Shown here in pieces: positions 10,016-20,751 of a stretch of 64,000 nt of DNA (position 1 is the first letter of the stretch; each line of letters begins with the position of its first letter). This DNA comes from a virus (lineage: Duplodnaviria; Caudoviricetes). The notes beneath the pieces were generated by a model. The model worked only from the letters and a program-made list of their open reading frames with translations, was not told the DNA's origin and did no database searches. Position numbers and translations under genes: made by a program. The stretch lies in the IMG/VR virus record IMGVR_UViG_3300029305_005547, positions 32,001 to 96,000 of that record, one strand, 5' to 3'.

Positions 10016-10615
10016 ATGAAACTAAAATTATTTACAGTTCAGTATCCTGATGTTCTTTATAAAATAATGCAAAATGGTTATTATAGAACGGATATGTCTA
10101 AAACAGATTCATTCTTTTCTGACCATTATGGATTTATGATTGAACAAATGATTGATAGACATGTAGAATTTCCCAAAGGATTTTCAGACCCTTTTAAAAA
10201 CCCACCAGTATGGGCTTGGTACATATATGATGGTGAAAACAAAGTTCCTGATAATTTAGAAACTTGTGGTGTTGGTGTAGCAGGAGAAGAATATGTCTGT
10301 ATTGAATTTGAAATTGAAGAAGATGATGTTTTATTATCTGATTTTGATGCATGGCATAACGTCCTTAATAATTCATGGTATGAAGGAAGTTTATCAGAGC
10401 CTGAATATGATGCATTACATGAATGGTATGATAGATTACCTGGTAAGGAGAAAGAAATTCTTAAAACTATAAGTTGGGAACGAATTTTCGATATCGAGAA
10501 GTTTAAGAATGAATGGACTTCTAGAGGTTTTTATGTACAAGGTACTATTTGGGAATTGCGTAAGGAAATGATTACTAATGTACGTAAATTTGTAGCAAAA
10601 GAAATGGAAGAATAA
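10016..10615 (+). CDS. DUF3841-like protein
   Basis: PVWAWY ... VLLSDFDAWHNVLN ... SWERIFD ... VQGTIWE. Confidence 0.7.
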   Translation: MKLKLFTVQYPDVLYKIMQNGYYRTDMSKTDSFFSDHYGFMIEQMIDRHVEFPKGFSDPFKNPPVWAWYIYDGENKVPDNLETCGVGVAGEEYVCIEFEIEEDDVLLSDFDAWHNVLNNSWYEGSLSEPEYDALHEWYDRLPGKEKEILKTISWERIFDIEKFKNEWTSRGFYVQGTIWELRKEMITNVRKFVAKEMEE

Positions 10616-10729
10616 TTCTGAAATTTAAGAGAAAGGATTTATTTTGTCAGTAGATCCTTTCTTTTTTTGTAATAATTTTCAATTTAAAAAACTACACTCA
10701 TTTAATCATAGGAACTAAAATGAGAAAGG

Positions 10730-11092
10730 ATGGTAATTAAAATGGCTTTAATAACAGCTGAAAGATTACATCGATGGAAATGTCTTTTTTGTGGTTCTAA
10801 GGATAAAAATATTATGTCGATTAGATTACCTATAAGAAAATCAGTCTCAAAAAATATTGATCCAAGTAATTACACTGAAGGTGTAAAAATAGTTACTTGT
10901 AGTCAATGTGGTAAAACTGAAATATTTGCTCATTCAGCATTAGCGATGATGGGTGTACTTACAGGTGATACCGTAACGATAGAAGAATCTGAAGAATTCG
11001 TAAACAAATTCCATGAGATGAACCATATTGATCCTAAGATCAATCCCCATGCAATACATGGACCAAAAATTAATAACAATGAAAATACCTAA
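10730..11092 (+). CDS. Zn-ribbon protein
   Basis: CLFCG and CSQCG pairs; likely start at MALIT (10742). Confidence 0.6.
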   Translation: MVIKMALITAERLHRWKCLFCGSKDKNIMSIRLPIRKSVSKNIDPSNYTEGVKIVTCSQCGKTEIFAHSALAMMGVLTGDTVTIEESEEFVNKFHEMNHIDPKINPHAIHGPKINNNENT

Positions 11093-11157
11093 AATGAAGG
11101 TTAAGATACTCGGATAATTTCGTAAACCAAATAAGTATGAAAAGAGGTTGACAAATT

Positions 11158-11922
11158 TTGAGTATTGAAAATGTAACAAATGTAGAAGATTCTTTCTTGT
11201 CTCAGGTTCCTGTGGCATTACTTGAAGAAAATATTTTGACTCAATTTCGTAATCCGGATAATTTCCGTATGGATTACATTGCATCATTCATCAGTTCATA
11301 TAAGTACTCTTTGGGTATGATTGAAGATGACGATGAAAAAATGGAACTTGTATCTCAGCATGATGAGTTCATGAATTTTATGCAGGATACATTATTTGAA
11401 AAACTTGGAATAGGAATAAATAATTTTGGAGAAATGTCTTATGAAGAACAGGAAGATCTTGTTCATTTTGTGTATCGTTTCTTCATTATTAATATGAAGC
11501 AGAACTTCTTTAATTTATTCCTAAATTATATCAACAGAAATAAGGAAATGCTTCTTGAAAATGCTGTGAGAAGAAAAGATGTAACATCTCAGGCTTTTAA
11601 GAGAGAACTTCCTGAGGAAGATACCATTATTCTTGCAAATCTTTCTGACATTATGAATTATGTCATTAATGATGCAGAATTAACCGTTGACGATTTCTTG
11701 GAACTATGTGAAGGAGAAAGTCCTTCAACTGAACTGACTTTAATGTCAGAATATTACGATGATTTTATAATTACTGGTAATTTCATTGAACGTTATACAC
11801 GTATGTTAAGAATTCCTATGCGAATTCGTATTGAAGGCGATATTCGAAATCGCATTTTGAAAAAGTATAGAGAAGAAAATCCTCTATTACCTCGTGAAAA
11901 CCAAGATACAATTGAAGAATAG
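11158..11922 (+). CDS. hypothetical phage protein
   Basis: 254-aa ORF, TTG start after GAGG. Confidence 0.7.
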   Translation: MSIENVTNVEDSFLSQVPVALLEENILTQFRNPDNFRMDYIASFISSYKYSLGMIEDDDEKMELVSQHDEFMNFMQDTLFEKLGIGINNFGEMSYEEQEDLVHFVYRFFIINMKQNFFNLFLNYINRNKEMLLENAVRRKDVTSQAFKRELPEEDTIILANLSDIMNYVINDAELTVDDFLELCEGESPSTELTLMSEYYDDFIITGNFIERYTRMLRIPMRIRIEGDIRNRILKKYREENPLLPRENQDTIEE

Positions 11923-11972
11923 ACATATAATATTTTCATGAGAATAATCAAAGAAAGGATTGGTGGAACCTA

Positions 11973-12797
11973 ATGTGGGGAAACAACGCTAACAGATTAA
12001 ATACACAGAATGGTAGCAATGGATTAAATGTGAATACAAGGATTAAGAACTTTTCATCCGATGTATCATCACTGGCAGCTTCATTTTGGAACCAAAATTT
12101 TAGTATTACAATTAGTCCGGCTATTGGACCGGATGGAAATGGAATCATGCAATATGATCAGAATCGTCAAGGTAAAACAGCATTAACTTTGGATGCTTGT
12201 GAGGCATTGGTTGCTCAGTTTAATGAAGTAATATTGCCTGTTTATAACAGCGTAGTTTTGAATGGAGAAACATGTCCTGAATCTCTTGGTGTTACTGTAG
12301 AGACTGGTCGTGATCCTAAAAGAAACATCGTTGGAATTGAAATGATGGCTCCTACCGATGGTAGTGAGATTCCTGATATGTATTTCGTTTACTATGGAAT
12401 GGTAGATGCTAATAACATTGCATCTCCTGCAAGCACTTTCAAACATAAGTTTGCTAAGAGAGCGATCAGAATTGATTACAACCCTAACACAGGTGTTGCT
12501 AAGAAGGAAACATATGCTAATTCAGACTTCAATCTGTTTATGAATATGATTTCTAAGACGGAGTTGTTGCTCCCTTATTCTGAGCATGTTCGTAAGTACT
12601 CAAGTGAAAGATCTAAGTCTTTTACACCAAACAATGGAAATTCTTCTTATTCCGGTGGAAATAATAGTTACAACAATTATCAGAGCTCTGGCGTATCTAC
12701 AAATTTTGCATCATCCCCTAGTGGATTTGGCGGTGCAGGTTTTGGAATGCTTGGTGGAGCACTTGGCGGTGACGCTGAAGAATTACCGTTCAATTAA
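11973..12797 (+). CDS. putative single-stranded DNA-binding protein
   Basis: Gly/Ser/Asn-rich linker ending in an SSB-type acidic tail DAEELPFN. Confidence 0.6.
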   Translation: MWGNNANRLNTQNGSNGLNVNTRIKNFSSDVSSLAASFWNQNFSITISPAIGPDGNGIMQYDQNRQGKTALTLDACEALVAQFNEVILPVYNSVVLNGETCPESLGVTVETGRDPKRNIVGIEMMAPTDGSEIPDMYFVYYGMVDANNIASPASTFKHKFAKRAIRIDYNPNTGVAKKETYANSDFNLFMNMISKTELLLPYSEHVRKYSSERSKSFTPNNGNSSYSGGNNSYNNYQSSGVSTNFASSPSGFGGAGFGMLGGALGGDAEELPFN

Positions 12798-12861
12798 AAG
12801 ATTTCTGAATGAGGAGAAGGTCGAAAGATCTTCTCCAATTTCTTTTTTGTGAGGTGATATA

Positions 12862-13587
12862 ATGATAGAAGGATCTAAAGACCCTGAAATTAACCGTATA
12901 CGGTTTAGATCATCAAACAAGATGTTTCAAAATTCATCTTGTATTTTTGTTGAATATATAGACTGCCTTCAAATACCTTGGTTTACTTTCCTTACTTTTT
13001 TTAAGGAAGAAACTAAATTTGACGAATTATTCAACATGAATGAAATACGATACCTATCACCAAGAGCATTACTTGGATGGTACTTTAACAGAAAAGAAAA
13101 AAATCCTTTAATGGAGTTATTAAAAGATGATAAACATATTTCACGTGAAGAGATGGATTCAATGTTAGCTTCTATAGTTAATACTGAAGAAATATTTTTC
13201 AACGTAAATATAGATACAAATATTCATCCTATTATTGGTAATTTGATTGCTAATGAAATTACAAAAAAGATAATTGTATATTATCCTGAAGAAAATGAAT
13301 ATGTTAAAAAAGACGTTCATGATAAATTTGGAGACTATGCAGAAGTTGTGTTTGGTGATATAAGACAAGTTCTTCAAAAGGTTCCTAAAGATACAACATA
13401 TTTCTTTTCTGATGTTATGCATTTATTAGTGATGGAAGAATTGAAGAAACTTGATTTTTCAGCAATTATGATTCCAAATAACTACAGATATAATTTTGTG
13501 GATGATGATAAAAAAGAGTATCTTGTTAATATGAAATATTTATCCGAAAAGTATGTATTCAAATGGGGTGTATATTCAGTTGCTTAA
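12862..13587 (+). CDS. hypothetical phage protein
   Basis: 241-aa ORF, GAGGTG SD. Confidence 0.7.
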   Translation: MIEGSKDPEINRIRFRSSNKMFQNSSCIFVEYIDCLQIPWFTFLTFFKEETKFDELFNMNEIRYLSPRALLGWYFNRKEKNPLMELLKDDKHISREEMDSMLASIVNTEEIFFNVNIDTNIHPIIGNLIANEITKKIIVYYPEENEYVKKDVHDKFGDYAEVVFGDIRQVLQKVPKDTTYFFSDVMHLLVMEELKKLDFSAIMIPNNYRYNFVDDDKKEYLVNMKYLSEKYVFKWGVYSVA

Positions 13588-13604
13588 TTTATGATTAATC
13601 GTAA

Positions 13605-13617
13605 AACACCACCATAA
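13605..13617 (+). promoter_or_regulatory. putative non-virion RNAP (late) promoter NACA-N6-TAA, representative copy
   Basis: AACA CCACCA TAA; over 20 copies at gene-upstream positions; matches the AR9 late consensus AACA-N6-TA. Confidence 0.75.
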
Positions 13618-13644
13618 CAATTTTATCATAAACGGAGGTACACA

Positions 13645-15708
13645 ATGTCAGAAAATCGTATGACATTCATTGATTCGGTTATTAAACATGACCCTGAAAT
13701 CAATGTAATCGAAAAAGATATTATGAATAGCAGAATCGCTCAGGTATTTGATCAGATTGCTGCTACTTTACAGAAATCTTTAGGACCTGTGGGTGCTCAT
13801 GCAATTATCTCACAGTCACCTAATTATCATGTAACAAAAGATGGTTTTACCATCATGAAAAACATCCGTTATAATTCAGAATATGGATATGTTGATAACG
13901 TTATTGCCGGAATGATTTCCGACATTTGTGGTAGACTTAACTTTGCAGTTGGTGATGGAACAACCAGTGCAGTTTTGTCTGCAAATTCTATGTATCAGAT
14001 TTTCAATAAAAGAAGTTCTGATATTCGTGAAATGTTTTTCTTGCCCAGAAACGTTTTGGCAAGAATGAAAGAATTAACAGAGATTATCGTTGAAAAGTTA
14101 TCAAACAAAGCTGTTGATATCAGATCACTTTCTATTGATGAAATGTGTGAATATATTAGACAGGTTGTATATGTATCTTCTAATGCAGATACTGAAATGA
14201 CTGATACTATCGTTAATCTTTACAGAGAAATTGGTTTCCCTGCAATTTCTGTAGTTAAAGCTGCAGATGGAATTACAAAGGGAAAAGTTGTTGAAGGTTT
14301 TATGTTTCATGCAAAACTCATGGACAGACTTTATATCAACAGCGATGATAATTGCCAACGTGGTAAAGACTATGATGTAGTTATTCTTGACCATAAAGTT
14401 ACTCTTAACTTTTACAAGAATATTCTTCGTCCTTTGTCTTTCATGTGTAAAATGCGTGGCAGGAAACTTATTTGTATTGCACCTAATTATGATGAGGTTG
14501 CTCTTCAGGGTGACATTCTGAATGATCTTAATGCAGAATACAGAAATACAAAAGATATTAACTTGGTACTCATGGGTTATCGTGCTACAAAGAATTCTGA
14601 CCGTAAGAGAATTCAGGATTTAGCTATGCTTTGTAATACACAGGTTGTTACACAGAGTGTAGAGTCTGAACTTATGAAGCGATCAGAAGTAGTTCTTAGC
14701 GGTTCAAGTGGAGATGTGGATATTAATAGATTCCTTGAATTTATTAACATTGATGAACGTAACATCCCTGGTATTAAAGTTATGGAAGTATCTGAAAATC
14801 AGATTCTGTTTGTTGATTACTATGATGGATACGAACCTGTTGTTAAAGTAAATGAATCTGATTTCGACTTCAGACTTGGTTACTGTGGTGCAGCTGATTT
14901 ATATCCGGATAAAGATTCTATCTTTACAAACTTTAAGTACGATGAAAGTCTGTATGAAAAGTATGTTTCGGATGCTAAGAAAGAACTCGATGATGCTATC
15001 GAGAAATATAAGAGACTTGGTACATTTAACTTTGAGACGGATGATGCTCAAAGACGTTACCTTGGTCTTAAACTTAAAATGGGAACTATTGAAGTTGGTT
15101 CCACTACTGACTTTAGTCAGGAATTTTTAAGAGATGCTATGGATGACGCAGTTAAAGCTGCAGAATCAGCATACAGAAATGGAGTTATCCTTGGTTGTCA
15201 TTCTTCATTGCTTGCAACTATTCGTGAAGAAATTGTAAATGGAGATTATTCAGGAAAGGATAAATTCCTGCTTCAAACTATGTTTGATGCTTTCCGGTAT
15301 GTAAGAAGTTGTGTACTTGCAAATGGATTTGATGATTGTGAAATTGAGATTACTGATATTGAAAGTCTGGATGATGCTATGTACGCTATCACTGAAGGAC
15401 TTGGAATTGAAGTTCGTTTCGCACATGATGAAAACACATTTGACGGATTTATGGAACATTTATCAAGTGTTGTAAATCCTGGTACACATATGAAGTTATT
15501 TGATTTCATTAATGAAATTGAGATTTATACCGGTACAGCGCTTGATCTTGATATGAGTGATACATTAAATCCTCACATCAATTTCAATACAAGAGTTGTA
15601 AACAGTGCAGCAACAGACAGAGAGATTCTGATTGCTTCATCAGATCTTGTAAGTTTGCTTACCACTGGTAATCAATTAGTAATTTCGAGAGGAAATTACG
15701 GAATGTAA
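13645..15708 (+). CDS. phage GroEL-like chaperonin
   Basis: SLGPVG, VTKDGFTI, VGDGTTSA, DAMDDAVKAA, GVILG motifs. Confidence 0.9.
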   Translation: MSENRMTFIDSVIKHDPEINVIEKDIMNSRIAQVFDQIAATLQKSLGPVGAHAIISQSPNYHVTKDGFTIMKNIRYNSEYGYVDNVIAGMISDICGRLNFAVGDGTTSAVLSANSMYQIFNKRSSDIREMFFLPRNVLARMKELTEIIVEKLSNKAVDIRSLSIDEMCEYIRQVVYVSSNADTEMTDTIVNLYREIGFPAISVVKAADGITKGKVVEGFMFHAKLMDRLYINSDDNCQRGKDYDVVILDHKVTLNFYKNILRPLSFMCKMRGRKLICIAPNYDEVALQGDILNDLNAEYRNTKDINLVLMGYRATKNSDRKRIQDLAMLCNTQVVTQSVESELMKRSEVVLSGSSGDVDINRFLEFINIDERNIPGIKVMEVSENQILFVDYYDGYEPVVKVNESDFDFRLGYCGAADLYPDKDSIFTNFKYDESLYEKYVSDAKKELDDAIEKYKRLGTFNFETDDAQRRYLGLKLKMGTIEVGSTTDFSQEFLRDAMDDAVKAAESAYRNGVILGCHSSLLATIREEIVNGDYSGKDKFLLQTMFDAFRYVRSCVLANGFDDCEIEITDIESLDDAMYAITEGLGIEVRFAHDENTFDGFMEHLSSVVNPGTHMKLFDFINEIEIYTGTALDLDMSDTLNPHINFNTRVVNSAATDREILIASSDLVSLLTTGNQLVISRGNYGM

Positions 15709-15722
15709 AATGAGGTGGATAT

Positions 15723-16556
15723 ATGGACAGAAACCTTTTAAAGGTAGATGATCCGACATATCAAACCTTAAGTGATTTTATTCATCACCCATTTGGTGTA
15801 CCCTTCACAGATGTTGGAGAAAAGCTTAATCCGAAATATGAAAAGTTTAAATCTATGATTTCTGTTGCAGGGTACTCCATTTTGGACGATTCCTATTATA
15901 TTCACATTAAGGTTCCGTCAGAATCATCACCTGGAAAATTTTATGATGTAGTCATACAGTTTATGCCGTATACTGAAACTATGAAGAAAGAACATATGCT
16001 CGATAATTATGTAATACAGTTCTTTTCCAATAGTCCAAGTTTCATTTATAAATATGCGGCATTATATAAACTTCATGGCTATATGATTGATGCTCTTCAG
16101 GAAAAATTGGATCCTGAATATGCAGATCGATTACCTGAATTATCAAACTCTGAAATGAAACTTATGTATGATAAATCTATTTATTTTGCAGTTAAGTTTC
16201 TTTACGAAAATTGTCTGACATATTTGTCTAAATCTGGTCTTCGTTACACCAAAAAACTTGAGTTTAGAAATTTGGTAGATTCCATTGTGGATAATAAAAC
16301 ATCTTTAAAGACATCAGCTTATGATGTTGAAAAGAAAGCTATTGCTGAAGGAAAAGCAGATACTTCAAAAATTCAAAAAGAAATGAAGCGTCTTTTTGGA
16401 AATAGATCTGGAAATAATATTCATCAAAAGAAAACAGCAGTAACTTCTACATTTCCTGGATCATCAGGTATTAAGCATACTCCTGTAAAATCAAAAAATA
16501 CAGGTAAAGCTAAGAAAGGAAAGGTTACATCCACAACGTCTACGAGGAGAAAGTAA
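15723..16556 (+). CDS. jumbo-phage hypothetical protein
   Basis: 277-aa ORF with basic C-terminal tail, between the chaperonin and the sigma-like gene. Confidence 0.7.
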   Translation: MDRNLLKVDDPTYQTLSDFIHHPFGVPFTDVGEKLNPKYEKFKSMISVAGYSILDDSYYIHIKVPSESSPGKFYDVVIQFMPYTETMKKEHMLDNYVIQFFSNSPSFIYKYAALYKLHGYMIDALQEKLDPEYADRLPELSNSEMKLMYDKSIYFAVKFLYENCLTYLSKSGLRYTKKLEFRNLVDSIVDNKTSLKTSAYDVEKKAIAEGKADTSKIQKEMKRLFGNRSGNNIHQKKTAVTSTFPGSSGIKHTPVKSKNTGKAKKGKVTSTTSTRRK

Positions 16557-16627
16557 TATTATTTTGATTTATTCAAAATAGGGATATATTATTTATTCGT
16601 AGTACCAAAATAAAACAAGGAGAGACA

Positions 16628-18304
16628 GTGATGGGACGAAAAAAACGATCAGAAATTGAAGCTGAATTATTAGCAGCGAACGGGTCAGACGGACTTGCAA
16701 AACCTGTGATTGACAGGGCGACGATTAAAGCTCCTATTAACGTCTGGGTTCAGACGAAAGCAGAAACATACCTTGAGTATGATGTTCAGAAGTGTATTAT
16801 TCATTTCGATAAGATATTCGGTATTAAGAAGCTTGAAGCTTATAATCAATTTATTATTAAGAAAGATTCATATTCAAACCAGTTACCTATTATATGTAGA
16901 TATCTGAATTTCTTTATTCATGAATATGATATTGAACATGAACTTTTGATGATATACTTAAATCTCAAGTTCTCTATTGATAATGAAGATGGTGATATCT
17001 ATTTCAGTGGAGAGAACCAGCTTGAAGCATTTATTGAGTATATCTATCAGGTGATGTTTACCCCATCTATCATTGCTAAGATACATAATCTGGTAGAAGA
17101 TAATTATCTTGACGATATTGAAGTAGATGATGGTTCTAAAAAATACCTTACCAAGGAAAAGAAACATTTGGAGTCTTTGGAGTTTACGAATGAACATATC
17201 AAAACACTTCTTAAGATAAGTTTTGGTATTAAGATGATGACTCCTATTATATTCCATTATCTTGGTAAAAACAAGATTATTGTCAATAAGACTACTCCTC
17301 ATTTGTATAATGCATTTAAAGGTTTATTCAAAATCTTCAATGATACTTGTGATATGTATAACAAACTTTTTGTGTACGTAAAAACGAAAGTAATGGAGAA
17401 TAAGTCTAATAATGACAGAATGTATCAGCAAAGAGAAATTCTTGGTGTTGATGAATTTACTGTTATTCATCGATTTACAAGAGTTGTTCTTATAAGTGAA
17501 AACATTGTAAAGTTTAAGTTTAATGAAAACTGGGATGCATCTGCTAAGAAGTATAAAGAGAATGTGACCGGCTTTATTAAAACGATTATTAAATATCAAC
17601 TTATGTATTTCATTAAAGAACAGCACAGCAAAGGATTTACAGAGCTTACTTATGCAAGAAATGCGGATGGATTATCAGGCGTAGATAAAATGGAAATGCA
17701 GTTAGAGAAGCTCGATGAAGGTGCGATTATTATCGCGAAAGAATCTGTAAATAACGAGGTAGATAATCTGATTAAGGAATATGGATTCACTATTACGGAT
17801 GAGGAACTTGATTATTATGTTAAGAATTTCAATATTCAGCCGTTACATCAGCAACTTATCATGTCGTTGTTTGCATCAAATTTAGGATCATTTAGAAATA
17901 CTTTGGGTATTTCTCGTGTTAACTTTATTAAGTTAGCACTTATCCTTAAGAAACGAATTCTTAGAGAATCCGGTTTTGATAATACGAGTGTGTTTACAGA
18001 TAGAGTAGCACTTCCGTATATTTTAACAGGTAATATCAAAGAAAAGATTAATACGCGTTTGATTAGAAACGCTAAATTTAAAGAGGACTGCGAAGAAAGT
18101 TATATTATCGAAGACCTCTTAAAAAATAAGTATAGATATCTGGAAGAAATCGACAAAGATTGTATTATGGGAATTTTATCGACTATCAATAATACAGTAT
18201 TTACATATTGCTGTTATGAAAATCCGGACGTATTCGGACAAGAGATTGATGTTGAGAAAAATTCAATTACAGATGAACTTGGTTTCTTCTTAAGAACTAT
18301 TTAA
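16628..18304 (+). CDS. non-virion RNA polymerase promoter-specificity (sigma-like) subunit, AR9 gp226/phiKZ gp68-like
   Basis: blocks such as IHFDKIFG..YNQFIIKKDSYSN, YNKLFVYV and LSGVDKMEMQL resemble AR9 gp226 as recalled; lies two genes after the chaperonin, as gp226 does relative to gp228 in AR9; preceded by TATATTATT. Confidence 0.7.
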   Translation: MMGRKKRSEIEAELLAANGSDGLAKPVIDRATIKAPINVWVQTKAETYLEYDVQKCIIHFDKIFGIKKLEAYNQFIIKKDSYSNQLPIICRYLNFFIHEYDIEHELLMIYLNLKFSIDNEDGDIYFSGENQLEAFIEYIYQVMFTPSIIAKIHNLVEDNYLDDIEVDDGSKKYLTKEKKHLESLEFTNEHIKTLLKISFGIKMMTPIIFHYLGKNKIIVNKTTPHLYNAFKGLFKIFNDTCDMYNKLFVYVKTKVMENKSNNDRMYQQREILGVDEFTVIHRFTRVVLISENIVKFKFNENWDASAKKYKENVTGFIKTIIKYQLMYFIKEQHSKGFTELTYARNADGLSGVDKMEMQLEKLDEGAIIIAKESVNNEVDNLIKEYGFTITDEELDYYVKNFNIQPLHQQLIMSLFASNLGSFRNTLGISRVNFIKLALILKKRILRESGFDNTSVFTDRVALPYILTGNIKEKINTRLIRNAKFKEDCEESYIIEDLLKNKYRYLEEIDKDCIMGILSTINNTVFTYCCYENPDVFGQEIDVEKNSITDELGFFLRTI

Positions 18305-18376
18305 CTTGGTAACGACCTCATGGATTACTAGATAATAGTATCCATGAGGTTTTGTATGAAAGGTTAGTGAAATAAT

Positions 18377-18778
18377 ATGGGAAAAATTTTAGATAAACTT
18401 TTTAAGAAAGAACAACCTAAAACTGAGAAGAAAGGTTATTTGTTAGTTGTTACTTATGAAACAAGTGAACATGCTACAGTTAACCATGTCTTCAATAGGG
18501 AAGAGAAAAAATTTATTCGTAAAAAGATCTTTGCTGCAAACACAATTGCATCAGAATCATATTTCTCTGATATCAATGAAATGATTGACGAAATCAATAA
18601 TCATAGAGAATATAAAAGGTTTCTTGCAGGTAATAATGTAACTACGATTTTGTATGTAGAATCTACAGTTACATTAGTTGATGGTACTTATGTAAATAAG
18701 ACGACAAGCGTACCATTTTTCTATGTGCCTTCAAGATTAAAGCTTGAGGTAAATGAAAGTAAAATGAATAAGAATTGA
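18377..18778 (+). CDS. hypothetical protein
   Basis: 133-aa ORF. Confidence 0.6.
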   Translation: MGKILDKLFKKEQPKTEKKGYLLVVTYETSEHATVNHVFNREEKKFIRKKIFAANTIASESYFSDINEMIDEINNHREYKRFLAGNNVTTILYVESTVTLVDGTYVNKTTSVPFFYVPSRLKLEVNESKMNKN

Positions 18779-18788
18779 GGTAAAACAG

Positions 18789-19982
18789 ATGAATCCGTTA
18801 TATACATCCGAAACAAATATTTTTGATAAAAATAATTTTGGATCTGCATTATATATGCAGACTAGTAAATTCTTTTTATTAAAGAGAGGTTTAATATCTA
18901 CAAGTGTGATTATTGGAACTTTTATCATCTCATTTTTATCTGTAGTAATACTTGATAAAGTGGCTCCATTTACATTACTTAAAACTACATGGTTTAAGTT
19001 ATTTAAGATATGGATTTTGATGCTTCCAATTATTGCTGCTATTGCAGATGCACACTTGACCATAAAGGTACTTAATACCCTTCGTCATTATGATGAAAAA
19101 GAGAATCGTCTTATGGGAGATGGAAGTGGTGAACCGATGTCATTACTTAGTGCAAATATAGTATTTTCTCAATATCTTTATTGTACAGGTATGATGGTAA
19201 TGCCATTTGTCTCTATATGTATGATATCTTTTATATTTACTCATGATATTGAAATTTCAGGATGGATGAGAGTATTATTTTATATAATACTTGATCTAAC
19301 ATATGCAATGTATTTCAAAATTGTAGTTCTTCCAAAAGAAGAAGATGTATTAAAAAATGCATTTATTACTATCTTGAGAAATGAAGGATTGAAATATGAC
19401 GAACTGATAGATTGCTCTGCAATTGTAGCACGTAATGCTAAAAATTATATCGGTAAGAACGGAAAACTGATGTATAAATTACGTAAAGACATGTCTAATT
19501 TTAAAACACTTACAACGTGTTATGGACATGGTATTGTAATTATGGGCAGGAAAACTTGGGAATCTATTGGTTGTAAACCTTTACCTCATCGAACTAATAT
19601 AGTAGTTACTACGAATAAGAAAGTAACTTGTAAGGATTCAGAGTTGAAGCCTATTGTAGCAGGATCTATTGAAGAAGCATTAGCAATTGCATATACTATA
19701 AATTTTACTGATCGACATATGATTGCAGATAATATCTGGATTATTGGTGGTTCAAGTATTTATAATGCAGCTATGCGATTTACCCGAAATATATATGTAA
19801 CTTTAGTATGCGATGAAACTGAAGGAGATACAACAATGGTATTTCCTAAGTATGATTTTCTTCCCGCATTCATGTCTGAATCTATTCAAGATGGAGACTA
19901 TGTTACATATCAACAAATTTTCGTAAGACGAAAAAATGGAGAACATGTAGATGGAGACATTAATGAAACAACTAATTCATAA
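18789..19982 (+). CDS. dihydrofolate reductase fused to an N-terminal multi-TM domain
   Basis: C-half IGKNGKL..., VIMGRKTWESIG.KPLPHRTNIVVT, IIGGSSIY, EGDT; N-half about 4 hydrophobic segments. Confidence 0.8.
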   Translation: MNPLYTSETNIFDKNNFGSALYMQTSKFFLLKRGLISTSVIIGTFIISFLSVVILDKVAPFTLLKTTWFKLFKIWILMLPIIAAIADAHLTIKVLNTLRHYDEKENRLMGDGSGEPMSLLSANIVFSQYLYCTGMMVMPFVSICMISFIFTHDIEISGWMRVLFYIILDLTYAMYFKIVVLPKEEDVLKNAFITILRNEGLKYDELIDCSAIVARNAKNYIGKNGKLMYKLRKDMSNFKTLTTCYGHGIVIMGRKTWESIGCKPLPHRTNIVVTTNKKVTCKDSELKPIVAGSIEEALAIAYTINFTDRHMIADNIWIIGGSSIYNAAMRFTRNIYVTLVCDETEGDTTMVFPKYDFLPAFMSESIQDGDYVTYQQIFVRRKNGEHVDGDINETTNS

Positions 19983-20679
19983 TCCTCTTAAGGTTCATGA
20001 ATTTATTAACCTTATGGGTGAATATGGTTTACCATTTAGAATGCCGTTTTCTAAAGCTGCAGATTTTTATGTAACACTTGGACAATCTGCAGAAATATCG
20101 ACTATTCTTATGTGTTTTCCATCATGTTTTGAAGTTGGAGAGTATGTATTAAAAACATACTCTCCTGATGTTTTGCAAGATATATCTGATAACCGAATGC
20201 CTGCTAAATTATTACGCAATATGAATATGCGTGATATATTACTAGAAGTAATGCAAGGTATTTATATAAATTATTGGGAAGTTCATACTGTATTTGAACT
20301 AGGATCAGTTCAAAGAAATATGTTACTTATGCTTTCCAAGTATGGATATATTAATGATGCTGTAATGAAACCTGAAAAATTTATATTTCACCATACTTTA
20401 TTGGATGCTACAGCACAACGAGGAAAAGCTATTAAAAAGAATATAGATATTGGGAACGGATTTAAAATTCCAGTATTTTATTTAAGCAGATCTATTATTC
20501 CTTTAGAGGGTAATGCAAAAATCAATGCTTATATAGCATATAAAAGAACATATGGCATTATTATCAATAATCCAAATGAATGCTTTTGGAGGTTAGACAC
20601 ATCATTCGATGTTGTTGATTTCATGCCAAAAGAAGATGTTGAAAAATATTTTCTAACATATCCGACAGATACTGATTAA
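19951..20679 (+). CDS. hypothetical protein
   Basis: 242-aa ORF overlapping the end of DHFR. Confidence 0.65.
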   Translation: METLMKQLIHNPLKVHEFINLMGEYGLPFRMPFSKAADFYVTLGQSAEISTILMCFPSCFEVGEYVLKTYSPDVLQDISDNRMPAKLLRNMNMRDILLEVMQGIYINYWEVHTVFELGSVQRNMLLMLSKYGYINDAVMKPEKFIFHHTLLDATAQRGKAIKKNIDIGNGFKIPVFYLSRSIIPLEGNAKINAYIAYKRTYGIIINNPNECFWRLDTSFDVVDFMPKEDVEKYFLTYPTDTD

Positions 20680-20751
20680 TTTCAGTATCTGTTCTTTTTG
20701 TAGTTTTGAAAGGACAATTTATTAAATTTTTTAAAAAGGAAATTACAAATT

